Shown here: piece after piece, positions 18,959-33,299 of the stretch
Layout of the letters: every line of letters starts with the position of its first letter
How positions within the stretch are numbered: the first letter of the stretch is position 1
Assembly (NCBI GenBank): GCA_976226885.1
Contig: OZ320320.1
Span: 57,908,001 to 57,972,000, forward strand
Direction of reading: 5' to 3'
Origin: Iphione sp. A-MEVVRFRX5
Lineage: Eukaryota
Length of the DNA: 64,000 bases
Made by a program: the position numbers and the translations under genes
Notes under the pieces: model-generated
What the model saw: the letters and a program-made list of their open reading frames with translations, nothing else
The model's database searches: none
What the model was told of the DNA's origin: nothing

Positions 18959-20799
18959 TCTCAAGCCTCACTAATGGCCTTTTCTCATACCAGTATGTAT
19001 ATGTACATGGATGTGCATGTGTGTGCATTGTGTGTTCACCCAATGGAATGACACATACAGGCAGGGTTCTCTTTTTTAATTGCTTTTGCAGTGTTTGGTG
19101 TTTCCTTGCATTCCACACCATTTCCGGTGGCTGTCTAGACATTAGACTTGGGATGCCTTTGATGATTAAAAACCCAATAAGTGGTGAATTTGATGAGAAA
19201 TGTCCGACTTACTGTAAATTTGAAGAGAACATTTCAGAAATGTCCAGAAATATACAAATTAGGTAGATTTTTACATGATGTAACATTCATGCCGTTCTTG
19301 CCTTCTACACGCCCTAGCTGCCATATCCTACATCTGCATTTGATGCTATCTGTGTTAAAATTACAAGCATTGTCCAAATGAACAATGTGAGTGTAATCAA
19401 AATGCAGAAATACAACACAGGTATAGAAACATCCTCATTGAGTATTACTTGTTAGGAAAAATGCTAGGCAAATGCAATGCAGATGCAACACTTGAAACAC
19501 AGTGCAACAATGCAAGTATGGAAACAGGCCCTAAAACATATTCCTTTGTGCACTGTTCAAAGATTATATTTATACATGTACATTCAACTATAAGTCAGTC
19601 CTTTGAAACCATTAATTATATTCCGATTGGTACAAGGGTATGGAATATACTATAGTAATGTAGACCGAGGAGGTTTATTTCACTTTAAATGCGTGTATTC
19701 AAGTTCTCTTGTTTGCATTCAAATTTTCATACTCAGCTGAATAAGGGCTTAATTTTCTTAGGGGCTTGTTAATATGTCATGTATTGTCTGCCGCAAAAAA
19801 TGACACCATTTTTACTGTAGATACAGCTGCACTTATCAAGCTCTGTGAAGGGTTTTAGGAAGGCCACCCAAACAACACCCTCCATCCTCTCAGGATACCT
19901 GCTGTCAGTGTTACAGGTACCCCAACAGCAATGCATAACCATTGTAGAGATGAACTGTTATGGTTTTTCAATATGTTATGTTAGGGTGCACATATATGTT
20001 ACTATTAGGGTGCACATTTATTGTTTTACAAGGTGTGCCTGATACAAACTGAAATCGAACATTTTGCCACCTGTATATTGCCCTTTGAAAGAATAAATCC
20101 GACAGATTTGAAAGATCATTTATTCTCTATGTGTTAGCAGTTAGGGAAATTGCTGTCGCATATGAAATTACTCCATAAAAAAATACTTCCTGTGAATCAT
20201 GAAAACGGCCACAACAATGGTATCATTCCATTTTGTACCCTTATTTTCGTTATCTGTTTAGTCTGAAGACGTTGCCAAATGATATTTTATCCGCTCTTAG
20301 CAGACTGTATAAATTGGATAAATTTTCTATCTCACTCCAATCATTTGCACAAATTTTCATGACACATACTTAGTTGGGCGTATCCATTTCCTTTTTCGCT
20401 TTTTATACTGGCAAAATTTCCAATTAAAGTGAATCGATTGATTTAAACCTCAGACAAAATGTATATCCCAATAATAACGGAAATGCCGACAGCAACTTGG
20501 CTTATGCCACCGAAGCGGTGATTTTATTCCACAAATTAGAAGGGAATTTGTGACTGAAACTAGCGTTCGCGTACATAATAATTTTTTCGAGGTGTTTAGA
20601 GAAGAAAGAGTGGGCGTGATGGGGGTGATGTTATGACAGTGGCAAATACCACTATGTCGGTATGTGCCAACCCTTTGTTATCTGTTTCATAACGCCTAAA
20701 GGCTTACAGAACAAACCGTATTAATCTGTCTGACTACTTCTGCAAGTTTCTCTCTCCCCATGTCCCCCTGTCAGCTGATATCACGGTCGTCTTTGCCCG

Positions 20800-21950
20800 G
20801 CAACAAAAGAGTTTGAAAGGGTTGGCCGGGGGGGCGGGGGGGGGGGGACGGGAGGACAGATGGGGAGCAGAAGCCCCGCCTACTCTACTCAAGTAAACAG
20901 CACCAGCCAATCGGAGCCCTCTAATCCCGACCCGCCCTCCCAACCGGGCGCCCCCTCCGACCCTACCGCCCACCCACAAACAACGTGTCCCCTCGCCTGT
21001 TGTTGAATGGCGGACCGTTCTGGGCCGAGAGGAGGAAGGAAATCTCTGCACGTTGTCCCGTCTGTCTCGCCTCGCCGACGTCATTACCAACTCTAAGTGC
21101 ACGTAATAACAGTTGCGAATGTGTAATTACGCGATCGTGAACACTGTTGGTGAACTGTCTTCCGTCCTTGAAGTGTTTCTGCGGTCCGTGTTGTTCTTCC
21201 ATCGGACGAACGGGTCCCAAGACCGGCAGCTGATCGGCTGAGCGGCGGGGACAGCAGCCTGGGCGATCGGCAAGCAACAAGTGAGAACGGACGGAGTTTC
21301 TCACGCGCTGACGCACGGGTTGGGGAGAGCGAGAGAGGCAGAGATACAGATAGACACCACCCCTACCCTGCAGCTGCAGCCCAACCGACCGACCAACCGA
21401 CACCTCCCCGAGGGTCGGGAAGCTTGATGAGTACTGCTCCCCCACCCGACTTCAATCTTCGCAGACCGTGCTACCAGCACCGTCAGAACTATACACCAGC
21501 TACGGAAGGTATCATCAGTTCGAGTACCAGTCTAAAGAGCTCGCCTCGCCGGAGTTTTAAAATCAAAACAACTGACAGCAGGAGTAACACAACAGAGAGG
21601 ATTGATCCGACAAGAGCCCAGCACTACCGGAGCAGGGAGGTCTCTGCTGCCGGGGCCCTTGGCTTGGCTGCTACTTCACAGCTCCCACATGCCGGTGAGA
21701 CTCTCAAACATTAAAAGTTAGCGAGTAGATATTCCCCTCGACCGTAGGAGGCTTTCAGAACACAGCGGCAAGTCTAGTAGTGTTATATAGCACAGGCCAT
21801 TTTCAATATGGCTTCTATGTGGGATATGTAGGGCAGCAGTGCTGCTAGCTTGAGAGCTCTCTCGCACCGACCCCCCCCCCCCCCCCCCCTCTTTTCCTCC
21901 GCCGACCTCCTCCTCCTCCACCGCCGCTCGACGATCTCTGATATATATAT
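20800..21950 (+). promoter_or_regulatory. CpG-rich promoter region with probable non-coding first exon
   Basis: High GC and CpG density against CpG-poor flanks, G/C homopolymer runs, donor-like GCCG|GTGAGA near 21695, directly upstream of the first coding exon. Confidence 0.55.
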
Positions 21951-22022
21951 TCTAGTGGCCGACAGTTCTCTTCTACTCCTATAATATAATCTGAACACGT
22001 CTTTTTCCGATCTGCCTTTCAG

Positions 22023-22147
22023 GAGGCCATCGTGTGGTCAAAATGGAACCTGAATATTATGGAGATCTCTCTTTGGACGATGCTGAGTTCTTTCCTCGAG
22101 ACCGAAAAAAGGCGGTTGTAGTGATTCAGCCGATCAAGTTTGAGAAG
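22023..22147 (+). CDS. First coding exon of an unidentified host gene (MEPEYYGDLSLDDAEFFPRDRKKAVVVIQPIKFEK)
   Basis: Acceptor ctttttccgatctgcctttcAG at 22021-22022, aaaATGG at 22043, 35 codons, strong donor AAG|GTGAGT; phase 0. Confidence 0.65.
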
Positions 22148-24106
22148 GTGAGTTTCATTCATGTCGTCTCCGACCGGCCATGAATGAAGTCGAGTAGGTG
22201 ACCTACTTTTGGCGGGCGCATGTTCGATTGTCGTCTGCAGTGATATTATTCAGCCAAATCTCTGCCAGTTTGGAGTGTATACGTAGATATGCGGTTATAA
22301 AGATAGATAATAAGGGCTAATCAATAAATATGAGATTGAATATATAGTGATAGTTTGGTGATTGGTCAAAAGTGGCATATATACCGGTATACGTCAATAT
22401 TGACGATACCGATTGAAGAGGTTTATTAGGGGAAAGCATGGTGTGTGAATTAACAGTTACTTGAATGGAAAGATGTCATTGGATAGTGGTGCTTGATGAA
22501 ATCACACTGGACACATAACACCTTTTTTTTGAAGTCGAAATGCACGAGTGACTAATTTCCCCCCGAAAAAGGATTGAAAATTTAAGTTGTTGTCAATGAT
22601 TTAAGTCCTTGTACATAAGTGATGAAAATCATGCTTAACAGTCCAAGTCAAAGCAGTTGATGGCCTGTGGCAACCACGGGATAATTTGCAATGTCGGTAA
22701 ATTTTCTGCATGGACGATTTTTATCATTGTAATTTTCTCAGTCTAGTGTTCAAGTTCTTTCGCCCACGAGGCATTCTACCACTTGTTGCACTGAGTGTGT
22801 GCAAGTAAGAATGATTAATTGATGTCTGCAGTGAACTGTTGATGTATGTGGTGAAATTACACTATCTAAAACCAGTGCAATGTGATATCTAAAGGGTGTT
22901 AGATAAGTTTTACAGACATGTAAATTTTTCCTGCGATATCTGTTTCCATGTGGCTCTGTGACGCAATCCCTGCCATGAATCCGTTGAACACTAAGCACTA
23001 TTGTCTTGATTATTGATTTCTGGTCTCTGTTGTGGTAAGACTACTTTATTTGGTTTTCATTGACAGTTTCATAGTGTCTCGTGATGGTTATAGTTGAATT
23101 TGGTAGAATGTCGTGCTTTGTTTCATGACATCACGAAACAGCTATTATCCCAACAACAGAGCTGCAGATTTTTTTTTTGTAGAATCTTGATTTTCAGAAA
23201 TGTCTTCTCTCCAACTTTTAGAAAGAGACATTTCACCTACAAGTTTATCATTAAATACATATCATATTTATGTATTCCTGGACAAATACACGTGAATGTA
23301 TATTTCTTTAACTGATAGGTAAGCCTACATTTTATATCTATCTGCACGCAATTTTTCTCCTGTCCTTAGGGGCTCTTTCGATGTGAGCATATTACCTTAC
23401 ACTGCTACGTTGTATAAAACAAATCACCCCTGAAAGGATTGGTGACATTAATACCCTGGCGTAATATGCACATGGTGAGCAGATGACTATTTCCACTTCT
23501 TTTGAAAGATTCTATTCTATGCATGTAGGGTAATACAGTTACATGTGCATAAAAAGGGCCCCTTACTCTTTCCCTAGCTTTGTCTGTCAGTCTGTCTCTC
23601 GCTATTATAACAGGTCTTTTACATTACTGATATTGGAAAAAGATACTCATCATACTAGTACACTGTATAGTTTGCAATGGTATCCATGCCGGAACGGCGT
23701 AAGGGATACCGTCATAGATGAGGTTAACTTAGTGAAACCCACCTTGTGGAATTAATGAAAGTTGTTCATGTGAATTCCAATGATGATACCTTACTACATT
23801 GTGGAAATTGCTCTTAATTCAGTTCTATAGGTTTTGTCCCCTACATTTAGTGACAATTTGAAGTTACAAAGTCTTCTAAAAATGATACCGGTATGCGATA
23901 CTATATATCAGTCACTCGCCTCCAGGAGGATGGGGGCACCCTAGGATATCGTGGTGCATGGGCACCGGATAGTGACTTATTTCGGTATAATTCAGCTCAC
24001 TATAAGTAAATTAAATAATGAGACTCGATTTTTGATAATGGAAGTTGAATAAAAAAAGGTAGTACCGGTACCTGTAGTATTCATGCTGGACTGGTCTCCT
24101 AAACAG

Positions 24107-24170
24107 GTGCAATCAGTCAAGAAATTGGCACTTTTCGAAGATAGAGCGTGGAGAACGATTGGTCTCGCAG
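24107..24170 (+). CDS. Candidate second coding exon (VQSVKKLALFEDRAWRTIGLA)
   Basis: Acceptor ctcctaaacAG, open in phase 0 continuing the previous exon, ends in phase 1 at CAG|GTCGGC (weak donor). Confidence 0.5.
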
Positions 24171-25659
24171 GTCGGCTTTCTTTTACTCATTTACTTTTCG
24201 GACAAAAGTAAATACAGTCTTGTCTAAAATAGCTGTACTATAGTAGGCCCTATTGGTTTTCCCTGACTGTGACTGTGACCCCTGCATTTTAATGGATCTG
24301 CGTGTAACATTAATAAGGTCCTGCAGCCCATGGCTCTGAATAGCCAACCAAAGCAGTAGCCTACCTGTATTCCTCTATAGAAAAACATGCAAATGATCAT
24401 ATTGTTTGGATTTGACCAATTGACGAGGATACGCAAGCTAGTAGCCTGTTGAAAGCTGAGGTCAGCATTTGACTTACCACTGGGAAGCTCGACATTGTCT
24501 GTTCGGCAAGGGTCTGTTGGAAGGAAATGATTTCATAGTATCAGGAGTGAAAGACAAATGAACAAGGACAGTGTTAGAGCCCCCAACCAATTGCTTTCTG
24601 GAAATTAGATATAGCGAAAAATAGATCAGTAGACAAAAAGAAATGATAAGCATGGCAGTCAGGTACAATTGTGGCTATTTCTGAAGATATTGGTAGAATT
24701 TGCTAATCACTGGATGGTTTGGACACTGTTTAACTCTCACTTATCTTTAATTTCCGGAGTCCAACTCAATTTTATAGCTCATTTACCCTACGATTTTTAT
24801 GAATAATAGTTTTTTTTCTGTATATTAGGTATATTTCACATTAACATGGGCATTAAACTATAGTTTCCCCTTGTGCATTTCCTTGGTGCCTGATGTGTGT
24901 CTGATGTTAGCAGGGAGTGTAGTAGTAGCCAGAAAAGGCAGCAGTGAATAGCCTTCTCCTGTGTGGGAACACATTTTGATGTCTTGGTGACTCCCAGGTG
25001 ATATCATTAATGAGAACTGGGCAATTGCATGACATTATAGTGAAAAGTTCTATTATAGGTCACACAGTGTTGGGGCACATTGTCTTTGACCAAACGTAAA
25101 CATTGATGGAATTGTCATTGTTTTGATATTTATTATTATCGTGCATGAGTATTATTTTTGGACAATCCCAGTGTATCTTATAAGTGGAGCAAAGGTGTGG
25201 AAACATCCATATCTCAGCAGTCTTACCATGTCACGCGTGACACTGACAGGGATCTTGTAACTAACCTCTTATTAGCATAGCAGTACATCTCTGAATGTAG
25301 GTCTCAACAACTGCTACTGGGTTGCTTGTGACATTAACAAAGACTTGTAACTAATATCTTTTATCAGTGGAGTGAAATGTACACTCAAGTGAAAACACCT
25401 TGAATAAGAGTGTGTACGACCTTTTATTGAATACCACTATATCGAATGGCCAATCGATCGAACAGACTTTTTATTGATATGACATTTCATTGAACGACCT
25501 TTTATTGAATCCTACTCTATTGAANNNNNNNNNNNNNNNNNNNNNNNNNNNNNNNNNNNNNNNNNNNNNNNNNNNNNNNNNNNNNNNNNNNNNNNNNNNN
25601 NNNNNNNNNNNNNNNNNNNNNNNNNNNNNNNNNNNNNNNNNNNNNNNNNNNNNNNNNNN

Positions 25660-26020
25660 ATTCCCTACTCTATCTACCTGTCTCTTTTTCCCTCCTTTCC
25701 TCTCTGTCCTGTGTCTCTGCCTTTCTCTCTCCTTTATCTTTCCTCCCCTTTCTCTCCCTTTATCTGTTTCTCACTGTATCTGTCTCTCTCTCTCTATCCT
25801 TCCCTTCTTCCCTCTCTATCCCTCATGTCTCCATACCTCTCTCTCTCCCTCTACCTCTCTCTTCCTCTCTCCGTACTTCTCCCCTTTTTCTCTACTTTCT
25901 CTCTCTTTCCCATCCTCCCTCTTTCTCCTCTATATCTGCCTTTCTATCCTCTTCTGTCTCTTTCTCTCCTCTCCTGTCTGTTTCTCCCCTCTTCTCTCTC
26001 TACCTCTCTATCTCCCGCCC
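25660..26020. repeat. CT-rich low-complexity tract (similar tracts at 29560-29810, 54050-54131, 63440-63620)
   Basis: Almost pure pyrimidine (or purine) strand with (CT)n/(CTGT)n character. Confidence 0.85.
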
Positions 26021-27981
26021 CCTAATCCTGCAGCTGCAATTTCTGACACCGCAAGGGGTGAAGAATAACTGCTCCAAACACTTTTCAAAAATATTTTTTG
26101 ATAAAGAGTCTTTTGATAAAACGTCCTATCAATAAAGTGTCCCTTCGATATTGTAGGAATCGATATACAGTTGGTCACCGTTTGAATCATACTGCATTAA
26201 AAGGGGTCCATTAATCAATACAGATCTTGTATCATTAACCTGTCCCAAAGCAATGGCAATTCCACGTGTCTCATTCATATAGATTTATTTTGCTACATGT
26301 GGCATATTGTAAATAAGCATTTACTTGTGAGCCGTTTCAAGGTCTATTATAAAGCGAATGACCTGATGATAGTTGGTTTAGAAGTAGGTGGTTGAGTGCC
26401 ATCGGATGGTCGGCGTTTACGTTGTTTAGGCAGAGAAGTCACCTAAGTAGTTGTCTCATTTAATTAAGGTGCTAAATCTCACAGAAATGACATGTTTTGT
26501 CGTTGTAATAGTGTGCTTTGAGGTAATGGATGTAGTAATAGACTATGTCCGCCACGTTTGTCATGGTAGCTTGTCTCTTGGATCGTAAGTGATCCATGAT
26601 AATAATACAAACTTCAGCGTGAGTTGCCTCATCTAACCCTGACACTGCCGGGGTTAACTTGCGTAACAGCCAAAACATATAGTTCTACTCTTGTCTCTTT
26701 CGTTATCTTTTTTAACAATGGGAATAAGCGGTAAATTGTCATAGTTCGTTGGGTCGAGATTCCCGTGCACGTGGCGAGACTTTACACGAGAGTTTCGGTC
26801 TCCAACCGCCGCCTAGCGGACAAAAGGCGAACTGTGCCCCCAGCGTCAATATTGACAGACTGCTGCGTGCGCGCGCACCTCACTCTTTTGTCTCCCCCAA
26901 ATGTCGTCTGCTCGCAGAGCCCGCTGTCTGTCCGGTTGTTTGCGCGTGTTTTACCAGCGATTACGTGATTTTTGTTGTTTACCCGCTCCTTAAGCTGGGC
27001 TTGTCTCTCTCCTCTCCCACCTCTCAGCCCCCTCCCTCCGCCTTTCTCTCCATCACTAACACCCAACGAGAACCGGTCGCCGCATGTTAATAATGGTGAC
27101 TACATTAAAGCCACTCTCCATCGACTCCGCCCGTCATTTGTGGGCCAAACAGCCAATTAGATAAGACAATAGGAAGACCCATTGTGACGTCATAATCGCC
27201 CCTTTGATGGCCTACGGCGTAGCCGTGGGTCAACTGTTAGAGCTGTTAACGACTTGTTTATTATTGTTTGCATCCTGTCGCCCAAATGTTGGCCACCATG
27301 ATATTGGATGTTTGATGTTTTTGAGGACATGTGGACAGCTGGTAGTATGGCTGGACATCACAGGGCGAGGGTACAGAGGCGAACAACCTCCTGCCGGTCA
27401 TTCTGTGATCTTATTAGGTGTTTCTGTAATCAAGTACAAACATACGGGCATGCATCTTATTTGACTGTGCTCATCGTGGAAGCCCCGGGGTCGCCAATAA
27501 CTCAACACGTGCAGTGCAATCGTTGCATTTTCGTTGTGGTTGTACATATATGCTTTATAAACTGGCTGTGCCGTATCCACAGCTCGCTTCTCTTACCAAT
27601 CCTCCAGCCACTATCTGTTCTCTTGCCACGTCTTCTTTGTTCTCTCGCAGTCGTGTGTGTGTGTGTCGTATAACTCTTGTGTGTTCATGCCTGTGTTGGT
27701 TTGTTCTCGACCTTCAAACCCAAACTTCTCTGTGCATCTCTGTCTGTCTCTTTCTGTGTTCATGTCCCCATGGACCTGTTTCTTAAGGTTCATCCTAAGT
27801 TGGTGATAATGTTAGAATTGAAGTATAAATAATGTTTTTGATTCTTTCAGTGTACGCCATGTATTGTACATATTTTGTGCTCGTAGAACGTAGGTAGTTT
27901 TGATTCACCTGATCTCAGCTACTGCTATTTTCTCTTTTCACATCGCTGCCCCATTCTTCGTACTCCTGCCTTTACCTGCAG

Positions 27982-27984
27982 CTG
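27982..27984 (+). other. Candidate 3-nt microexon (CTG)
   Basis: 60-nt AG-free pyrimidine-rich tract with TGC motifs, then CAG|CTG|GTAAAT. Confidence 0.3.
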
Positions 27985-29430
27985 GTAAATAGGTAGACAA
28001 ACGGCTCAAGACATTTGTATCTTCACCCCTGACTATCATGCCCCATCCCATTCCTGTCGACTGTCAAACGTTTTACTTCCTGTTATCTGTTGCTTCCCCC
28101 CTCCCTCTTCCACATCCTGTGGTTTCAACACGATCACCCGCTGGTAAAACGCACCCTTCAAACACAGCGTCCACTGCCATTTCCGCTGGAAAAGAGGCAT
28201 TTTGTTACGTCATGGCAAGTCTTTCAGTCTGTGCCAGAATACTGATACGTATCCACGTACACGCATTACACGTACACGCATTACCTTTGTCACCATTTAA
28301 AAGGGGACGGTGGGGAGTAGAGTTGGTGCCGACCAGTGACCGTGATTCTTGTGATTCGTGCTCAGTAGAACCTTATCATGGTTCGAGAGAATCTTTAATT
28401 GGAGTGGATGGTGGTGATGTTTGCATTGCTATCGCATGCATAACCTCCTCGAAAGTTGAAGCATCGAATATTTGAGTGATTGACAGCTGGCCGTGTATAT
28501 GTTAATTAGGGGGTGGGGCTAATATGGGCCTACGGACCTGAAATCTTTGTTTTGTTTTCTTAAGTGGCTCAGCGAACCGTTTGGGTCGAGGCATTGTTGA
28601 ACACTGAAGAGTCACTGGGGTGGAAAAGCTGTTTTCTTGTTCGCTTAACCTTGTAAGGGTATTTTAATTGGTGCCGTCTGTCTCATTCAACCACTAGTAG
28701 AGGGAGGCAATGGCCCGAGCACGGTAAATTCAGTTTTGCTTTCGGATGTTTTACTGTCAACTCTAGGTTTATTATAGCAAAATAATACGTCGACTGTTGT
28801 CCCACATAATGTTCGGTTGTATCTAATGGAGATAAATTGGCGCATATTTGAAATATGGACTTGGTTTATGACATACCGGGAAAGAGCGCGAGTTTATCGG
28901 GAAAAGGCAAAAAAAGTAGTAAAAAAGGCGAGAACTGAGAATTTTTTTCAAGTTATATTATCATGTGATTCTAATTCTGAGAGCTGGGGACTTGCATACA
29001 AACGCTTCTGAGGGACAGCCCCCCCTAAAAAAAACACAAAAAAACATGTACATGCACGCACTCTCGCTCACTCACCTTTCTCCAACTCGATCCAGTCCCG
29101 CCACCAATATCTTACATTTGCCAAGATCGTGTCTCCCTCTTCCCCGTCGAAGCAAATCCAACCACATTAACCAGTTACCTCAGGAATACATACCTCCACA
29201 CAGCCGAGATATGTGCTGCAGGTTTCGTGTTTATTTTTTTACTGCCAGTGGTTTATCTCGAACGATAAGTAATTTTATCAGTCATGTCATTAAGACACAA
29301 GCGTGCGCGCGTTACCATGGAGGGGCGCCAAGGCGACCGATGACGTCACCCACTTAGACACGCGAGGTAGCGACCCCCATTATCGGTCGGATCATTATTT
29401 TCTCAGTGCTCCCGCTTGGTTGGTGGCGAC

Positions 29431-29440
29431 ATGGAGCTCG
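29431..29440 (+). CDS. Candidate alternative first coding exon (M-E-L, phase 1)
   Basis: gacATGG context, donor CG|GTAAGG, perfect CRE at 29341-29348, CpG-rich surroundings. Confidence 0.35.
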
Positions 29441-32400
29441 GTAAGGGCCTTCAGGGGTCTCTGACGAGCGGGCCCGAGTCTCGTCCACGTCAGTAGTCAT
29501 GGTATCAGCGTGACCATGGTGACGGTATCAGCGTCTGATAGTGACAGATGAGAAGCCTTTCTGGTTGTTTTAGGTGGGAGCGAGGGACACACCGGGAAAG
29601 GCAGGCATATTAGGGATAGAGAGAGACAGACAGGCAGGACAGACAGAAGACACAGACCAAAAGGCATGGAGGAAGACAGATTGACAGACAGTAGGGAGAT
29701 ATTTAGAGGAGTGGAGAAGGAGACAGAGATGGCAGGGTTAAAAGTTAATGAATAGATACAAAAGAGACACGGGAAACAGACTGGGAAAAGAGAAAAGAAA
29801 GAGACAAACATGATTGTGCGTCCACATAGGAAACATACTGTTCGTTGAATCTCAATTCATCGACTGGAAGATTCACTGACAAGACCTGTTATCGACAGAA
29901 AAAGTTTATCGAATTCATTCATCGGCTTATCGTTATATCAACGGATTTTTTTATATTCAGTGTTTTTATATCATAGTTATAAAAGCATGGTAAAACGGCT
30001 GTGAAAACACCCACCTATCAAAATTCAGCCTTGGATGAAAGTCTCCAGTGGATGGAAATCCCTATTGATCCTATGTCCATTCGGTCAAATGGCATATACA
30101 GAAAGTCGTAGACCTACCCACAGAGGCTCAGCGGACGACCTTCCTTCATATACTGACGCCTGGTGTAACAGTGAGCACCTGCAGTATACTTGACTTCAGA
30201 GCAGGACAACATTCCACAGTATCCAACCAGAATATTGAACAGCAGAAATTGTCATAGAAGAAAGGATGACGGTGCACCAACAGAATCTTTTCCCAGCCTC
30301 ATTTCCTATCTGACCTATTTATGGATTGGCCTTCCTACTTAATTTGTGTCGGTTCCGGGTACAAGATACAGTTGCTAATTCACTAATGTAAAGGCTCCCC
30401 GTGACGAAACCAGTTAATTACAAGGTATCACCCGATCATATGTACCTTAACGTCAAACTTAGCTATGACCTTATGACCTGATCCCATAACTCCTAACCTG
30501 TCTATGTACAGCAATAATGTGTACCACCTGACAAGACTTGATATAGGATAATAAGCTTCTTGAAATCAATTCAGACTAGACAGAACCCATGGGAAATCCA
30601 TGGATAATGACTGACCCAAATTCATCGCTTAGCAGTGCTCATAATGCCGAGGTCAGAATCACTTGTAATGGAAAAACATGTGAACTTCACAATTTTTATT
30701 TTGACTCTATGTAGAGGTCGAACCTGATAGGTACATACCAAATTCTTGTCTTCTGTAGCATGCACCTTTTCTTAGAGTATGAATATATTCAGGGAATCTA
30801 AACGAGGGCCTCCACGTGACTGACACTTGTACCTACCTCGTATCATGTAGAATTTGTATGCACAAAAATCACAAATTACCATGATGTATTCAATAATCCA
30901 GCTAGATGATTTATATTAGTAATTAATTCTGATGTATTAATACCTAGTTGTGTATCTGACCTTTTTGTATACATGTCCTTGCCATACAGCTTTACAGTGC
31001 TCTATTAACTCCATTGCTCTAATAATTTTGTAGGTAATTTTCCATTTGTTACATTTTAATTTTGATAAAAACATTTGTATTTTTTTATTTTTATAATATT
31101 GAAAGGTGCGCCTATAGTCCAAGTACACCTTTGTACGTCAGCTCCACTTATGCTTCATAGGAGCTAAGAAAATGAACCACACACGACCTCATACATAGCA
31201 CACAGAATAATTTTCGTATATAGTACGTCGTAAAAACTCTAAAGTAATTATGGACAATAATTATACCTCATCAGCCATATACGTACTTATTAGTATTAAT
31301 TACACAACAGTAGTCATATTGATAACAATTATCGGTTTGTGCACCAAACACGGCAAGAAAATTAACGCCTCTCAGTTCACATCGTGGTTTGTTTTTTATT
31401 GGAAATATGTAACAGTTCACTAGTGTTCGAGTTAGGATGGATTAAGATTATCTTGTCACTCTTCTTTAAAAGCACCTATTGGTATCAGTATGAAGGAAAT
31501 GTAGAAATGTAAAGAAGGTCATTGACTTCTATAGGGAAAATCGAGTAAAATATTGATAAAATATAAAGAATAGAGTAGAATATATAAGTATAGAATATAT
31601 AATGTCTTTTTATCAGCTATTCCATCTATAAGATACTGCCAGCCATATGTGGTGCATTCATGGCATACATGTGTATGGAATATGGATGTGAGCAGGAACG
31701 ACAAAAATACCCTGATTGCAGGTAATCCTCCAATCAGGAGAACTTAGATTCTGAACAGGAACTAGAAGGGAATCGTATGTACAATTCCGCTTTTCCACAT
31801 AATCTGAAGAGGTTTGGCCCAGTCCTAGTACTGCATGGCTCAGAGTGTGTTCCACTGGTCTTTTGCTTTTTTCCTCACTACTGCACGTACACGTGTACTT
31901 TACATGTAGACAATGAGTGTGAGTTAACCACAGTCATGACAACCACTTCATAGGTTAAGTGCTGGTACAATTTTTTTTCTTCATGCACGCAACATGCACG
32001 CCTCATGCATGCAAGTACTTGAATCCGGATTATTGACCTAATCATACCTTTTCTGGCCATTACTTGTCCGTGGGGCGATTTTTGATAAATAACGCTACTC
32101 CCCTTTGCTTCAGATTGTGTAATAATATTTGGATTCTTACGTTATCTTCAAGCTTAAGTACGTCTTATATACCATTGAATAGGACCTGATCATTTCTGTA
32201 GAGCAGGACTATAGTCGTTATGGAAGTAGGAAGATAGAAATAATCGTTTCATGAAGAGCTGCGATAGCTTTATTTCTGAGAATGTGGCCTGACCGTAAGG
32301 CCCTACTCATGTATCTGGAAAATGCTATGCAAACAGATGACAGTTTAGCTTTCAACTCATACCTGTATTATTCAATTAGTCCGTTAGATGTATCCAGATG

Positions 32401-33299
32401 TATCTCTAGCTTGCGCATCTCTCAACCCGTCGAGAAAGGGTTTGCTATGCATATGGATGCATAGGCTATAGACTTCTAAAGTGAAAGGCATGTGGTTACC
32501 ACAACCTGGTATCATATCATCACGCATCTCCGTGGTGGGGGGCTGGGGGGGCGGGATTAGCTATACATATGGAAGCGTTTGCGTTTCTTTTGTCAGAAAA
32601 CATATAAATACCATCTTACAGAAAAGTAAATGCAATTTGTCCGCATTGGTAGTTCTAAATATAGGAAGTTTTTCAGTAACAAAATTGCTATAAAGAGGAC
32701 CTTCGTTAATTCAACCCTGAGTTGTTCAATTAGTATTGATTCCCACAAAGTTAATATTAAAGGAAAAAAGGAGTGCATAGAACTAGATTATCAGGAGTGA
32801 AATCGGCAGAGAGTCAGTCAGACTTGCCTGGTTCAACTTCCATTTATATCCATTTTAAAACATATCTGCATGCACAGTGTATAATAGAATAAATATTACA
32901 ATACTGACTGCTCATGATGCTTTTTATTCTTGGTTGAGCCATTTTTCTGCAGCGCAAAACCATTTTGGAAACATTTTTAATTTTATCTGATCTATTATTG
33001 AGGTTATACATTTATGTCATAGAGTCTAGTATATAGCTCATGTGAAAAGCGCCATATTGACGTCCGGGTAACCTGACAATGTCAGCGTCTATAACGATTG
33101 TTGGTCGAGGGATGGGGATGGACGTTTGGACCCCACATGTAGTCTTTAGTGGCCACTTGAATAGATTATACTGGATTGATAGGAGTCAAAGCTGGTATTA
33201 AATACATACACGGAAAGTTTAGTTTGGGCGATATGGGTAAAGAATGAGAAAAGGAATGAGACAGGATGAACGTACTCCTTAGGTGATTATTTGGCAGAA

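Noticed and set aside
20734-21445. Minus-strand ORFs (160 aa, 122 aa) as a divergent gene
   Set aside because: They lie in a GC-rich promoter where stop-free frames are common; no recognisable domain or convincing exon chain.
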